Origin: the human T2T-CHM13v2.0 reference genome, Homo sapiens
Reading direction: 5' to 3' (one strand)
Length of the DNA: 64,000 nt
Assembly: GCF_009914755.1 (NCBI RefSeq)
Contig: NC_060938.1
Shown here one piece after another: positions 11,101 to 25,000 of this stretch; positions within the stretch are counted from its first letter, which is position 1; every line of letters starts with the position of its first letter. Made by a program: the position numbers and the translations under genes. The notes beneath the pieces were generated by a model. It ran no database searches, was not told the origin of the DNA, and was given only the letters and a program-made list of their open reading frames with translations.

Positions 11101-14100
11101 ATCACAAAGAAGTTTCTGAGGATGCTGCTGTCTACTTTTTATACGTAATCCCGTTTCCAACGAAATCCTCCAAGCTATCCAAATATCCACTTGCAGATTC
11201 CACAGAAAGACTGTTTCAAAACTGCTCTGTCAATAGAAAGGTTCAACTCTGTTAGCTGCATGCATATATCCCAAAGAAGATTCTGAGATTGCTTCTGTCT
11301 AGTTTTTATGGGAAGATATTTCCCTTTTCACCGTAGGCGTCAAGGCGCTCCAAATGTCCACTTCCAGATACTACAAAAAGAGTGTTTCAAACCTACTCTG
11401 TGAAAGGGAATATTCAACTCTGTGACTTGAATGCACATATCACAAGGAAGTTTCTGAGAATGCTTCTGTCGAGATTTTATATGAAGATATTCCCGTTTCC
11501 AACGAAATCCTGAAATCTATCCAAATATCCCCTTGCAGATTCTACAAAAAGAGTGTTTCAAAACTGCTCTGTAAAAAGAAAGGTTCAACTCTGTTAGTTG
11601 AGTACACACATCACAAACAAGTTTCACACAATGCTTCTTTCTAGCTTGTAGGGGAAGATATTCCCTTTATCACCATGGGCCTCAAACCGTCCGAAAAGTC
11701 CACTTCCATATACTACAAAAAGAGCGTTTCAAACCTGCTCTATGAAAGGCAATGTTCAACTCTGTGACTTGAATGCAGACATCACAGAGCAGTTTCTGAG
11801 AATGCTTCTGTCTAGATTTTATAGGAAGATATTCCCGTTTCCAACGAAATCTTCACAGCTATCCAAATATCCACTTGCAGATTCTACAAAAAGAGTGTAT
11901 CAAAACTGCTCTGTCAAAAGGAAGGTTCTTTTCTGTTAGGTGAGTGCATACGTCATAAAGGAGTTTCTGAGAATGTTTCTGTCTAGTGGTTATGGGAAGA
12001 TATTTGCTTTTTCACCGTAGGCCTCAGAGCGCTCCAAATATCCACTTGCACATACTACAAAAAGAGTGCCTCAAAGCTGCTCTCTGAAACGGAATGTTCA
12101 ACTCTATGAGTTGAATGCAAACATCGCAAAGACGTTTCTGAGAATGCTTCTGTCTAGATTTGATATGAAGATATTCCCGTTTCCAACGAAATCTTCAAAT
12201 CTATCCAAATGTCCACTTGCAGATTCAACAAAAAGTGTTTTTCAGAACTGCTCTATCAAAAGAAAGATCCACCTCTGTTAGCTGAGTTCACACATCACAA
12301 ACAAGTTTATGAGAATGCTTCTGTCTAGTTTTTATTTGAAGATATTTCCTTTCTCACCATAGAGCTGAAAGCTGTCCTAATGTTCACTTCCAGATACTAC
12401 AGAAAGAGTGTTTCAAAACTGCTGTACGAAAGGGAATGTTCAACTCTGTGACTTGAATGCACACATCACAAAGAAGTTTCTGAGGATGCTGCTGTCTACT
12501 TTTTATACGTAATCCCGTTTCCAACGAAATCCTCCAAGCTATCCAAATATCCACTTGCAGATTCCACAGAAAGACTGTTTCAAAACTGCTCTGTCAATAG
12601 AAAGGTTCAACTCTGTTAGCTGCGTGCATATATCCCAAAGAAGATTCTGAGATTGCTTCTGTCTAGTTTTTATGGGAAGATATTTCCCTTTTCACCGTAG
12701 GTGTCAAGGCGCTCCAAATGTCCACTTCCAGATACTACAAAAAGAGTGTTTCAAACCTACTCTGTGAAAGGGAATATTCAACTCTGTGACTTGAATGCAC
12801 ATATCACAAAGAAGTTTCTGAGAATGCTTCTGTCGAGATTTTATATGAAGATATTCCCGTTTCCAACGAAATGCTGAAATCTATCCAAATATCCCCTCGC
12901 AGATTCTACAAAAAGAATGTTTCAAAACTGCTCTGTGAAAAGAAAGGTTCAACTCTGTTAGTTGAGTACACACATCACAAACAAGTTTCACAGAATGCTT
13001 CTTTCTAGCTTGTAGGGGAAGATATTCCCTTTATCACCATGGGCCTCCAACCGTCCGAAACATCCACTTCCATATACTACAAAAAGAGCGTTTCAAACCT
13101 GCTCTATGAAAGGCAATGTTCAACTCTGTGACTTGAATGCAGACATCACAGAGCAGTTTCTGAGAATGCTTCTGTCTAGATTTTATAGGAAGATATTCCC
13201 GTTTCCAACGAAATCTTCACAGCTATCCAAATATCCACTTGCAGATTCTACAAAAAGAGTGTATCAAAACTGCTCTGTCAAAAGGAAGGTTCTTCTCTGT
13301 TAGGTGAGTGCATACGTCATAAAGGAGTTTCTGAGAATGTTTCTGTCTAGTGGTTATGGGAAGATATTTGCTTTTTCACCGTAGGCCTCAGAGCGCTCCA
13401 AATATCCACTTGCACATACTACAAAAAGAGTGCTTCAAAGCTGCTCTCTGAAACGGAATGTTCAACTCTATGAGTTGAATGCAAACATCGCAAAGACGTT
13501 TCTGAGAATGCTTCTGTCTAGATTTGATATGAAGATATTCCCGTTTCCAACGAAATCTTCAAATCTATCCAAATGTCCACTTGCAGATTCAACAAAAAGT
13601 GTTTTTCAGAACTGCTCTATCAAAAGAAAGATCCACCTCTGTTAGCTGAGTTCACACATCACAAACAAGTTTATGAGAATGCTTCTGTCTAGTTTTTATT
13701 TGAAGATATTTCCTTTCTCACCATAGAGCTGAAAGCTGTCCTAATGTTCACTTCCAGATACTACAGAAAGAGTGTTTCAAAACTGCTGTACGAAAGGGAA
13801 TGTTCAACTCTGTGACTTGAATGCACACATCACAAAGAAGTTTCTGAGGATGCTGCTGTCTACTTTTTATACGTAATCCCGTTTCCAACGAAATCCTCCA
13901 AGCTATCCAAATATCCACTTGCAGATTCCACAGAAAGACTGTTTCAAAACTGCTCTGTCAATAGAAAGGTTCAACTCTGTTAGCTGCATGCATATATCCC
14001 AAAGAAGATTCTGAGATTGCTTCTGTCTAGTTTTTATGGGAAGATATTTCCCTTTTCACCGTAGGCGTCAAGGCGCTCCAAATGTCCACTTCCAGATACT

Positions 14101-17100
14101 ACAAAAAGAGTGTTTCAAACCTACTCTGTGAAAGGAAATATTCAACTCTGTGACTTGAATGCACATATCACAAGGAAGTTTCTGAGAATGCTTCTGTCGA
14201 GATTTTATATGAAGATATTCCCGTTTCCAACGAAATCCTGAAATCTATCCAAATATCCCCTCGCAGATTCTACAAAAAGAGTGTTTCAAAACTGCTCTGT
14301 AAAAAGAAAGGTTCAACTCTGTTAGTTGAGTACACACATCACAAACAAGTTTCACACAATGCTTCTTTCTAGCTTGTAGGGGAAGATATTCCCTTTATCA
14401 CCATGGGCCTCAAACCGTCCGATAAGTCCACTTCCATATACTACAAAAAGAGCGTTTCAAACCTGCTCTATGAAAGGCAATATTCAACTCTGTGACTTGA
14501 ATGCAGACATCGCAGAGCAGTTTCTGAGAATGCTTCTGTCTAGATTTTATAGGAAGATATTCCCGTTTCCAACGAAATCTTCACAGCTATCCAAATATCC
14601 ACTTGCAGATTCTACAAAAAGAGTGTATCAAAACTGCTCTGTCAAAAGGAAGGTTCTTTTCTGTTAGGTGAGTGCATACGTCATAAAGGAGTTTCTGAGA
14701 ATGTTTCTGTCTAGTGGTTATGGGAAGATATTTGCTTTTTCACCGTAGGCCTCAGAGCGCTCCAAATATCCACTTGCACATACTACAAAAAGAGTGCCTC
14801 AAAGCTGCTCTCTGAAACGGAATGTTCAACTCTATGAGTTGAATGCAAACATCGCAAAGACGTTTCTGAGAATGCTTCTGTCTAGATTTGATATGAAGAT
14901 ATTCCCGTTTCCAACGAAATCTTCAAATCTATCCAAATGTCCACTTGCAGATTCAACAAAAAGTGTTTTTCAGAACTGCTCTATCAAAAGAAAGATCCAC
15001 CTCTGTTAGCTGAGTTCACACATCACAAACAAGTTTATGAGAATGCTTCTGTCTAGTTTCTATTTGAAGATATTTCCTTTCTCACCATAGAGCTGAAAGC
15101 TGTCCTAATGTTCACTTCCAGATACTACAGAAAGAGTGTTTCAAAACTGCTGTACGAAAGGGAATGTTCAACTCTGTGACTTGAATGCACACATCACAAA
15201 GAAGTTTCTGAGGATGCTGCTGTCTACTTTTTATACGTAATCCCGTTTCCAACGAAATCCTCCAAGCTATCCAAATATCCACTTGCAGATTCCACAGAAA
15301 GACTGTTTCAAAACTGCTCTGTCAATAGAAAGGTTCAACTCTGTTAGCTGCATGCATATATCCCAAAGAAGATTCTGAGATTGCTTCTGTCTAGTTTTTA
15401 TGGGAAGATATTTCCCTTTTCACCGTAGGCGTCAAGGCGCTCCAAATGTCCACTTCCAGATACTACAAAAAGAGTGTTTCAAACCTACTCTGTGAAAGGG
15501 AATATTCAACTCTGTGACTTGAATGCACATATCACAAGGAAGTTTCTGAGAATGCTTCTGTCGAGATTTTATATGAAGATATTCCCGTTTCCAACGAAAT
15601 CCTGAAATCTATCCAAATATCCCCTTGCAGATTCTACAAAAAGAGTGTTTCAAAACTGCTCTGTAAAAAGAAAGGTTCAACTCTGTTAGTTGAGTACACA
15701 CATCACAAACAAGTTTCACACAATGCTTCTTTCTAGCTTGTAGGGGAAGATATTCCCTTTATCACCATGGGCCTCAAACCGTCCGATAAGTCCACTTCCA
15801 TATACTACAAAAAGAGCGTTTCAAACCTGCTCTATGAAAGGCAATGTTCAACTCTGTGACTTGAATGCAGACATCACAGAGCAGTTTCTGAGAATGCTTC
15901 TGTCTAGATTTTATAGGAAGATATTCCCGTTTCCAACGAAATCTTCACAGCTATCCAAATATCCACTTGCAGATTCTACAAAAAGAGTGTATCAAAACTG
16001 CTCTGTCAAAAGGAAGGTTCTTTTCTGTTAGGTGAGTGCATACGTCATAAAGGAGTTTCTGAGAATGTTTCTGTCTAGTGGTTATGGGAAGATATTTGCT
16101 TTTTCACCGTAGGCCTCAGAGCGCTCCAAATATCCACTTGCACATACTACAAAAAGAGTGCCTCAAAGCTGCTCTCTGAAACGGAATGTTCAACTCTATG
16201 AGTTGAATGCAAACATCGCAAAGACGTTTCTGAGAATGCTTCTGTCTAGATTTGATATGAAGATATTCCCGTTTCCAACGAAATCTTCAAATCTATCCAA
16301 ATGTCCACTTGCAGATTCAACAAAAAGTGTTTTTCAGAACTGCTCTATCAAAAGAAAGATCCACCTCTGTTAGCTGAGTTCACACATCACAAACAACTTT
16401 ATGAGAATGCTTCTGTCTAGTTTTTATTTGAAGATATTTCCTTTCTCACCATAGAGCTGAAAGCTGTCCTAATGTTCACTTCCAGATACTACAGAAAGAG
16501 TGTTTCAAAACTGCTGTACGAAAGGGAATGTTCAACTCTGTGACTTGAATGCACACATCACAAAGAAGTTTCTGAGGATGCTGCTGTCTACTTTTTATAC
16601 GTAATCCCGTTTCCAACGAAATCCTCCAAGCTATCCAAATATCCACTTGCAGATTCCACAGAAAGACTGTTTCAAAACTGCTCTGTCAATAGAAAGGTTC
16701 AACTCTGTTAGCTGCATGCATATATCCCAAAGAAGATTCTGAGATTGCTTCTGTCTAGTTTTTATGGGAAGATATTTCCCTTTTCACCGTAGGCGTCAAG
16801 GCGCTCCAAATGTCCACTTCCAGATACTACAAAAAGAGTGTTTCAAACCTACTCTGTGAAAGGGAATATTCAACTCTGTGACTTGAATGCACATATCACA
16901 AGGAAGTTTCTGAGAATGCTTCTGTCGAGATTTTATATGAAGATATTCCCGTTTCCAACGAAATCCTGAAATCTATCCAAATATCCCCTTGCAGATTCTA
17001 CAAAAAGAGTGTTTCAAAACTGCTCTGTAAAAAGAAAGGTTCAACTCTGTTAGTTGAGTACACACATCACAAACAAGTTTCACACAATGCTTCTTTCTAG

Positions 17101-19096
17101 CTTGTAGGGGAAGATATTCCCTTTATCACCATGGGCCTCAAACCGTCCGAAAAGTCCACTTCCATATACTACAAAAAGAGCGTTTCAAACCTGCTCTATG
17201 AAAGGCAATGTTCAACTCTGTGACTTGAATGCAGACATCACAGAGCAGTTTCTGAGAATGCTTCTGTCTAGATTTTATAGGAAGATATTCCCGTTTCCAA
17301 CGAAATCTTCACAGCTATCCAAATATCCACTTGCAGATTCTACAAAAAGAGTGTATCAAAACTGCTCTGTCAAAAGGAAGGTTCTTTTCTGTTAGGTGAG
17401 TGCATACGTCATAAAGGAGTTTCTGAGAATGTTTCTGTCTAGTGGTTATGGGAAGATATTTGCTTTTTCACCGTAGGCCTCAGAGCGCTCCAAATATCCA
17501 CTTGCACATACTACAAAAAGAGTGCCTCAAAGCTGCTCTCTGAAACGGAATGTTCAACTCTATGAGTTGAATGCAAACATCGCAAAGACGTTTCTGAGAA
17601 TGCTTCTGTCTAGATTTGATATGAAGATATTCCCGTTTCCAACGAAATCTTCAAATCTATCCAAATGTCCACTTGCAGATTCAACAAAAAGTGTTTTTCA
17701 GAACTGCTCTATCAAAAGAAAGATCCACCTCTGTTAGCTGAGTTCACACATCACAAACAAGTTTATGAGAATGCTTCTGTCTAGTTTTTATTTGAAGATA
17801 TTTCCTTTCTCACCATAGAGCTGAAAGCTGTCCTAATGTTCACTTCCAGATACTACAGAAAGAGTGTTTCAAAACTGCTGTACGAAAGGGAATGTTCAAC
17901 TCTGTGACTTGAATGCACACATCACAAAGAAGTTTCTGAGGATGCTGCTGTCTACTTTTTATACGTAATCCCGTTTCCAACGAAATCCTCCAAGCTATCC
18001 AAATATCCACTTGCAGATTCCACAGAAAGACTGTTTCAAAACTGCTCTGTCAATAGAAAGGTTCAACTCTGTTAGCTGCGTGCATATATCCCAAAGAAGA
18101 TTCTGAGATTGCTTCTGTCTAGTTTTTATGGGAAGATATTTCCCTTTTCACCGTAGGTGTCAAGGCGCTCCAAATGTCCACTTCCAGATACTACAAAAAG
18201 AGTGTTTCAAACCTACTCTGTGAAAGGGAATATTCAACTCTGTGACTTGAATGCACATATCACAAAGAAGTTTCTGAGAATGCTTCTGTCGAGATTTTAT
18301 ATGAAGATATTCCCGTTTCCAACGAAATGCTGAAATCTATCCAAATATCCCCTCGCAGATTCTACAAAAAGAGTGTTTCAAAACTGCTCTGTGAAAAGAA
18401 AGGTTCAACTCTGTTAGTTGAGTACACACATCACAAACAAGTTTCACAGAATGCTTCTTTCTAGCTTGTAGGGGAAGATATTCCCTTTATCACCATGGGC
18501 CTCCAACCGTCCGAAACATCCACTTCCATATACTACAAAAAGAGCGTTTCAAACCTGCTCTATGAAAGGCAATGTTCAACTCTGTGACTTGAATGCAGAC
18601 ATCACAGAGCAGTTTCTGAGAATGCTTCTGTCTAGATTTTATAGGAAGATATTCCCGTTTCCAACGAAATCTTCACAGCTATCCAAATATCCACTTGCAG
18701 ATTCTACAAAAAGAGTGTATCAAAACTGCTCTGTCAAAAGGAAGGTTCTTCTCTGTTAGGTGAGTGCATACGTCATAAAGGAGTTTCTGAGAATGTTTCT
18801 GTCTAGTGGTTATGGGAAGATATTTGCTTTTTCACCGTAGGCCTCAGAGCGCTCCAAATATCCACTTGCACATACTACAAAAAGAGTGCTTCAAAGCTGC
18901 TCTCTGAAACGGAATGTTCAACTCTATGAGTTGAATGCAAACATCACAAAGACGTTTCTGAGAATGCTTCTGTCTAGATTTGATATGAAGATATTCCCGT
19001 TTCCAACGAAATCTTCAAATCTATCCAAATGTCCACTTGCAGATTCAACAAAATGTGTTTTTCAGAACTGCTCTATCAAAAGAAAGATCCACCTCT
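8185..19096. repeat. Tandem 4-HOR (5456 bp) super-repeat: units 7-10 versus 11-14
   Basis: Rare SNP pairs exactly 5456 apart: 8680/14136, 9056/14512, 9604/15060, 10941/16397. Boundaries are approximate. Confidence 0.85.
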
Positions 19097-22000
19097 GTTA
19101 GCTGAGTTCACACATCACAAACAAGTTTATGAGAATGCTTCTGTCTAGTTTTTATTTGAAGATATTTCCTTTCTCACCATAGAGCTGAAAGCTGTCCTAA
19201 TGTTCACTTCCAGATACTACAGAAAGAGTGTTTCAAAACTGCTGTACGAAAGGGAATGTTCAACTCTGTGACTTGAATGCACACATCACAAAGAAGTTTC
19301 TGAGGATGCTGCTGTCTACTTTTTATACGTAATCCCGTTTCCAACGAAATCCTCCAAGCTATCCAAATATCCACTTGCAGATTCCACAGAAAGACTGTTT
19401 CAAAACTGCTCTGTCAATAGAAAGGTTCAACTCTGTTAGCTGCATGCATATATCCCAAAGAAGATTCTGAGATTGCTTCTGTCTAGTTTTTATGGGAAGA
19501 TATTTCCCTTTTCACCGTAGGCGTCAAGGCGCTCCAAATGTCCACTTCCAGATACTACAAAAAGAGTGTTTCAAACCTACTCTGTGAAAGGGAATATTCA
19601 ACTCTGTGACTTGAATGCACATATCACAAGGAAGTTTCTGAGAATGCTTCTGTCGAGATTTTATATGAAGATATTCCCGTTTCCAACGAAATGCTGAAAT
19701 CTATCCAAATATCCCCTCGCAGATTCTACAAAAAGAGTGTTTCAAAACTGCTCTGTAAAAAGAAAGGTTCAACTCTGTTAGTTGAGTACACACATCACAA
19801 ACAAGTTTCACACAATGCTTCTTTCTAGCTTGTAGGGGAAGATATTCCCTTTATCACCATGGGCCTCAAACCGTCCGATAAGTCCACTTCCATATACTAC
19901 AAAAAGAGCGTTTCAAACCTGCTCTATGAAAGGCAATGTTCAACTCTGTGACTTGAATGCAGACATCACAGAGCAGTTTCTGAGAATGCTTCTGTCTAGA
20001 TTTTATAGGAAGATATTCCCGTTTCCAACGAAATCTTCACAGCTATCCAAATATCCACTTGCAGATTCTACAAAAAGAGTGTATCAAAACTGCTCTGTCA
20101 AAAGGAAGGTTCTTTTCTGTTAGGTGAGTGCATACGTCATAAAGGAGTTTCTGAGAATGTTTCTGTCTAGTGGTTATGGGAAGATATTTGCTTTTTCACC
20201 GTAGGCCTCAGAGCGCTCCAAATATCCACTTGCACATACTACAAAAAGAGTGCCTCAAAGCTGCTCTCTGAAACGGAATGTTCAACTCTATGAGTTGAAT
20301 GCAAACATCGCAAAGACGTTTCTGAGAATGCTTCTGTCTAGATTTGATATGAAGATATTCCCGTTTCCAACGAAATCTTCAAATCTATCCAAATGTCCAC
20401 TTGCAGATTCAACAAAAAGTGTTTTTCAGAACTGCTCTATCAAAAGAAAGATCCACCTCTGTTAGCTGAGTTCACACATCACAAACAAGTTTATGAGAAT
20501 GCTTCTGTCTAGTTTTTATTTGAAGATATTTCCTTTCTCACCATAGAGCTGAAAGCTGTCCTAATGTTCACTTCCAGATACTACAGAAAGAGTGTTTCAA
20601 AACTGCTGTACGAAAGGGAATGTTCAACTCTGTGACTTGAATGCACACATCACAAAGAAGTTTCTGAGGATGCTGCTGTCTACTTTTTATACGTAATCCC
20701 GTTTCCAACGAAATCCTCCAAGCTATCCAAATATCCACTTGCAGATTCCACAGAAAGACTGTTTCAAAACTGCTCTGTCAATAGAAAGGTTCAACTCTGT
20801 TAGCTGCATGCATATATCCCAAAGAAGATTCTGAGATTGCTTCTGTCTAGTTTTTATGGGAAGATATTTCCCTTTTCACCGTAGGCGTCAAGGCGCTCCA
20901 AATGTCCACTTCCAGATACTACAAAAAGAGTGTTTCAAACCTACTCTGTGAAAGGGAATATTCAACTCTGTGACTTGAATGCACATATCACAAGGAAGTT
21001 TCTGAGAATGCTTCTGTCGAGATTTTATATGAAGATATTCCCGTTTCCAACGAAATGCTGAAATCTATCCAAATATCCCCTCGCAGATTCTACAAAAAGA
21101 GTGTTTCAAAACTGCTCTGTGAAAAGAAAGGTTCAACTCTGTTAGTTGAGTACACACATCACAAACAAGTTTCACAGAATGCTTCTTTCTAGCTTGTAGG
21201 GGAAGATATTCCCTTTATCACCATGGGCCTCAAACCGTCCGAAACATCCACTTCCATATACTACAAAAAGAGCGTTTCAAACCTGCTCTATGAAAGGCAA
21301 TGTTCAACTCTGTGACTTGAATGCAGACATCACAGAGCAGTTTCTGAGAATGCTTCTGTCTAGATTTTATAGGAAGATATTCCCGTTTCCAACGAAATCT
21401 TCACAGCTATCCAAATATCCACTTGCAGATTCTACAAAAAGAGTGTATCAAAACTGCTCTGTCAAAAGGAAGGTTCTTCTCTGTTAGGTGAGTGCATACG
21501 TCATAAAGGAGTTTCTGAGAATGTTTCTGTCTAGTGGTTATGGGAAGATATTTGCTTTTTCACCGTAGGCCTCAGAGCGCTCCAAATATCCACTTGCACA
21601 TACTACAAAAAGAGTGCTTCATAGCTGCTCTCTGAAACGGAATGTTCAACTCTATGAGTTGAATGCAAACATCACAAAGACGTTTCTGAGAATGCTTCTG
21701 TCTAGATTTGATATGAAGATATTCCCGTTTCCAACGAAATCTTCAAATCTATCCAAATGTCCACTTGCAGATTCAACAAAAAGTGTTTTTCAGAACTGCT
21801 CTATCAAAAGAAAGATCCACCTCTGTTAGCTGAGTTCACACATCACAAACAAGTTTATGAGAATGCTTCTGTCTAGTTTTTATTTGAAGATATTTCCTTT
21901 CTCACCATAGAGCTGAAAGCTGTCCTAATGTTCACTTCCAGATACTACAGAAAGAGTGTTTCAAAACTGCTGTACGAAAGGGAATGTTCAACTCTGTGAC

Positions 22001-25000
22001 TTGAATGCACACATCACAAAGAAGTTTCTGAGGATGCTGCTGTCTACTTTTTATACGTAATCCCGTTTCCAACGAAATCCTCCAAGCTATCCAAATATCC
22101 ACTTGCAGATTCCACAGAAAGACTGTTTCAAAACTGCTCTGTCAATAGAAAGGTTCAACTCTGTTAGCTGCATGCATATATCCCAAAGAAGATTCTGAGA
22201 TTGCTTCTGTCTAGTTTTTATGGGAAGATATTTCCCTTTTCACCGTAGGCGTCAAGGCGCTCCAAATGTCCACTTCCAGATACTACAAAAAGAGTGTTTC
22301 AAACCTACTCTGTGAAAGGGAATATTCAACTCTGTGACTTGAATGCACATATCACAAGGAAGTTTCTGAGAATGCTTCTGTCGAGATTTTATATGAAGAT
22401 ATTCCCGTTTCCAATGAAATGCTGAAATCTATCCAAATATCCCCTCGCAGATTCTACAAAAAGAGTGTTTCAAAACTGCTCTGTGAAAAGAAAGGTTCAA
22501 CTCTGTTAGTTGAGTACACACATCACAAACAAGTTTCACAGAATGCTTCTTTCTAGCTTGTAGGGGAAGATATTCCCTTTATCACCATGGGCCTCCAACC
22601 GTCCGAAACATCCACTTCCATATACTACAAAAAGAGCGTTTCAAACCTGCTCTATGAAAGGCAATGTTCAACTCTGTGACTTGAATGCAGACATCACAGA
22701 GCAGTTTCTGAGAATGCTTCTGTCTAGATTTTATAGGAAGATATTCCCGTTTCCAACGAAATCTTCACAGCTATCCAAATATCCACTTGCAGATTCTACA
22801 AAAAGAGTGTATCAAAACTGCTCTGTCAAAAGGAAGGTTCTTCTCTGTTAGGTGAGTGCATACGTCATAAAGGAGTTTCTGAGAATGTTTCTGTCTAGTG
22901 GTTATGGGAAGATATTTGCTTTTTCACCGTAGGCCTCAGAGCGCTCCAAATATCCACTTGCACATACTACAAAAAGAGTGCTTCAAAGCTGCTCTATGAA
23001 ACGGAATGTTCAACTCTATGAGTTGAATGCAAACATCACAAAGACGTTTCTGAGAATGCTTCTGTCTAGATTTGATATGAAGATATTCCCGTTTCCAACG
23101 AAATCTTCAAATCTATCCAAATGTCCACTTGCAGATTCAACAAAATGTGTTTTTCAGAACTGCTCTATCAAAAGAAAGATCCACCTCTGTTAGCTGAGTT
23201 CACACATCACAAACAAGTTTATGAGAATGCTTCTGTCTAGTTTTTATTTGAAGATATTTCCTTTCTCACCATAGAGCTGAAAGCTGTCCTAATGTTCACT
23301 TCCAGATACTACAGAAAGAGTGTTTCAAAACTGCTGTACGAAAGGGAATGTTCAACTCTGTGACTTGAATGCACACATCACAAAGAAGTTTCTGAGGATG
23401 CTGCTGTCTACTTTTTATACGTAATCCCGTTTCCAACGAAATCCTCCAAGCTATCCAAATATCCACTTGCAGATTCCACAGAAAGACTGTTTCAAAACTG
23501 CTCTGTCAATAGAAAGGTTCAACTCTGTTAGCTGCATGCATATATCCCAAAGAAGATTCTGAGATTGCTTCTGTCTAGTTTTTATGGGAAGATATTTCCC
23601 TTTTCACCGTAGGCGTCAAGGCGCTCCAAATGTCCACTTCCAGATACTACAAAAAGAGTGTTTCAAACCTACTCTGTGAAAGGGAATATTCAACTCTGTG
23701 ACTTGAATGCACATATCACAAGGAAGTTTCTGAGAATGCTTCTGTCGAGATTTTATATGAAGATATTCCCGTTTCCAACGAAATGCTGAAATCTATCCAA
23801 ATATCCCCTCGCAGATTCTACAAAAAGAGTGTTTCAAAACTGCTCTGTAAAAAGAAAGGTTCAACTCTGTTAGTTGAGTACACACATCACAAACAAGTTT
23901 CACACAATGCTTCTTTCTAGCTTGTAGGGGAAGATATTCCCTTTATCACCATGGGCCTCAAACCGTCCGATAAGTCCACTTCCATATACTACAAAAAGAG
24001 CGTTTCAAACCTGCTCTATGAAAGGCAATGTTCAACTCTGTGACTTGAATGCAGACATCACAGAGCAGTTTCTGAGAATGCTTCTGTCTAGATTTTATAG
24101 GAAGATATTCCCGTTTCCAACGAAATCTTCACAGCTATCCAAATATCCACTTGCAGATTCTACAAAAAGAGTGTATCAAAACTGCTCTGTCAAAAGGAAG
24201 GTTCTTTTCTGTTAGGTGAGTGCATACGTCATAAAGGAGTTTCTGAGAATGTTTCTGTCTAGTGGTTATGGGAAGATATTTGCTTTTTCACCGTAGGCCT
24301 CAGAGCGCTCCAAATATCCACTTGCACATACTACAAAAAGAGTGCCTCAAAGCTGCTCTCTGAAACGGAATGTTCAACTCTATGAGTTGAATGCAAACAT
24401 CGCAAAGACGTTTCTGAGAATGCTTCTGTCTAGATTTGATATGAAGATATTCCCGTTTCCAACGAAATCTTCAAATCTATCCAAATGTCCACTTGCAGAT
24501 TCAACAAAAAGTGTTTTTCAGAACTGCTCTATCAAAAGAAAGATCCACCTCTGTTAGCTGAGTTCACACATCACAAACAAGTTTATGAGAATGCTTCTGT
24601 CTAGTTTTTATTTGAAGATATTTCCTTTCTCACCATAGAGCTGAAAGCTGTCCTAATGTTCACTTCCAGATACTACAGAAAGAGTGTTTCAAAACTGCTG
24701 TACGAAAGGGAATGTTCAACTCTGTGACTTGAATGCACACATCACAAATAAGTTTCTGAGGATGCTGCTGTCTACTTTTTATACGTAATCCCGTTTCCAA
24801 CGAAATCCTCCAAGCTATCCAAATATCCACTTGCAGATTCCACAGAAAGACTGTTTCAAAACTGCTCTGTCAATAGAAAGGTTCAACTCTGTTAGCTGCA
24901 TGCATATATCCCAAAGAAGATTCTGAGATTGCTTCTGTCTAGTTTTTATGGGAAGATATTTCCCTTTTCACCGTAGGCGTCAAGGCGCTCCAAATGTCCA

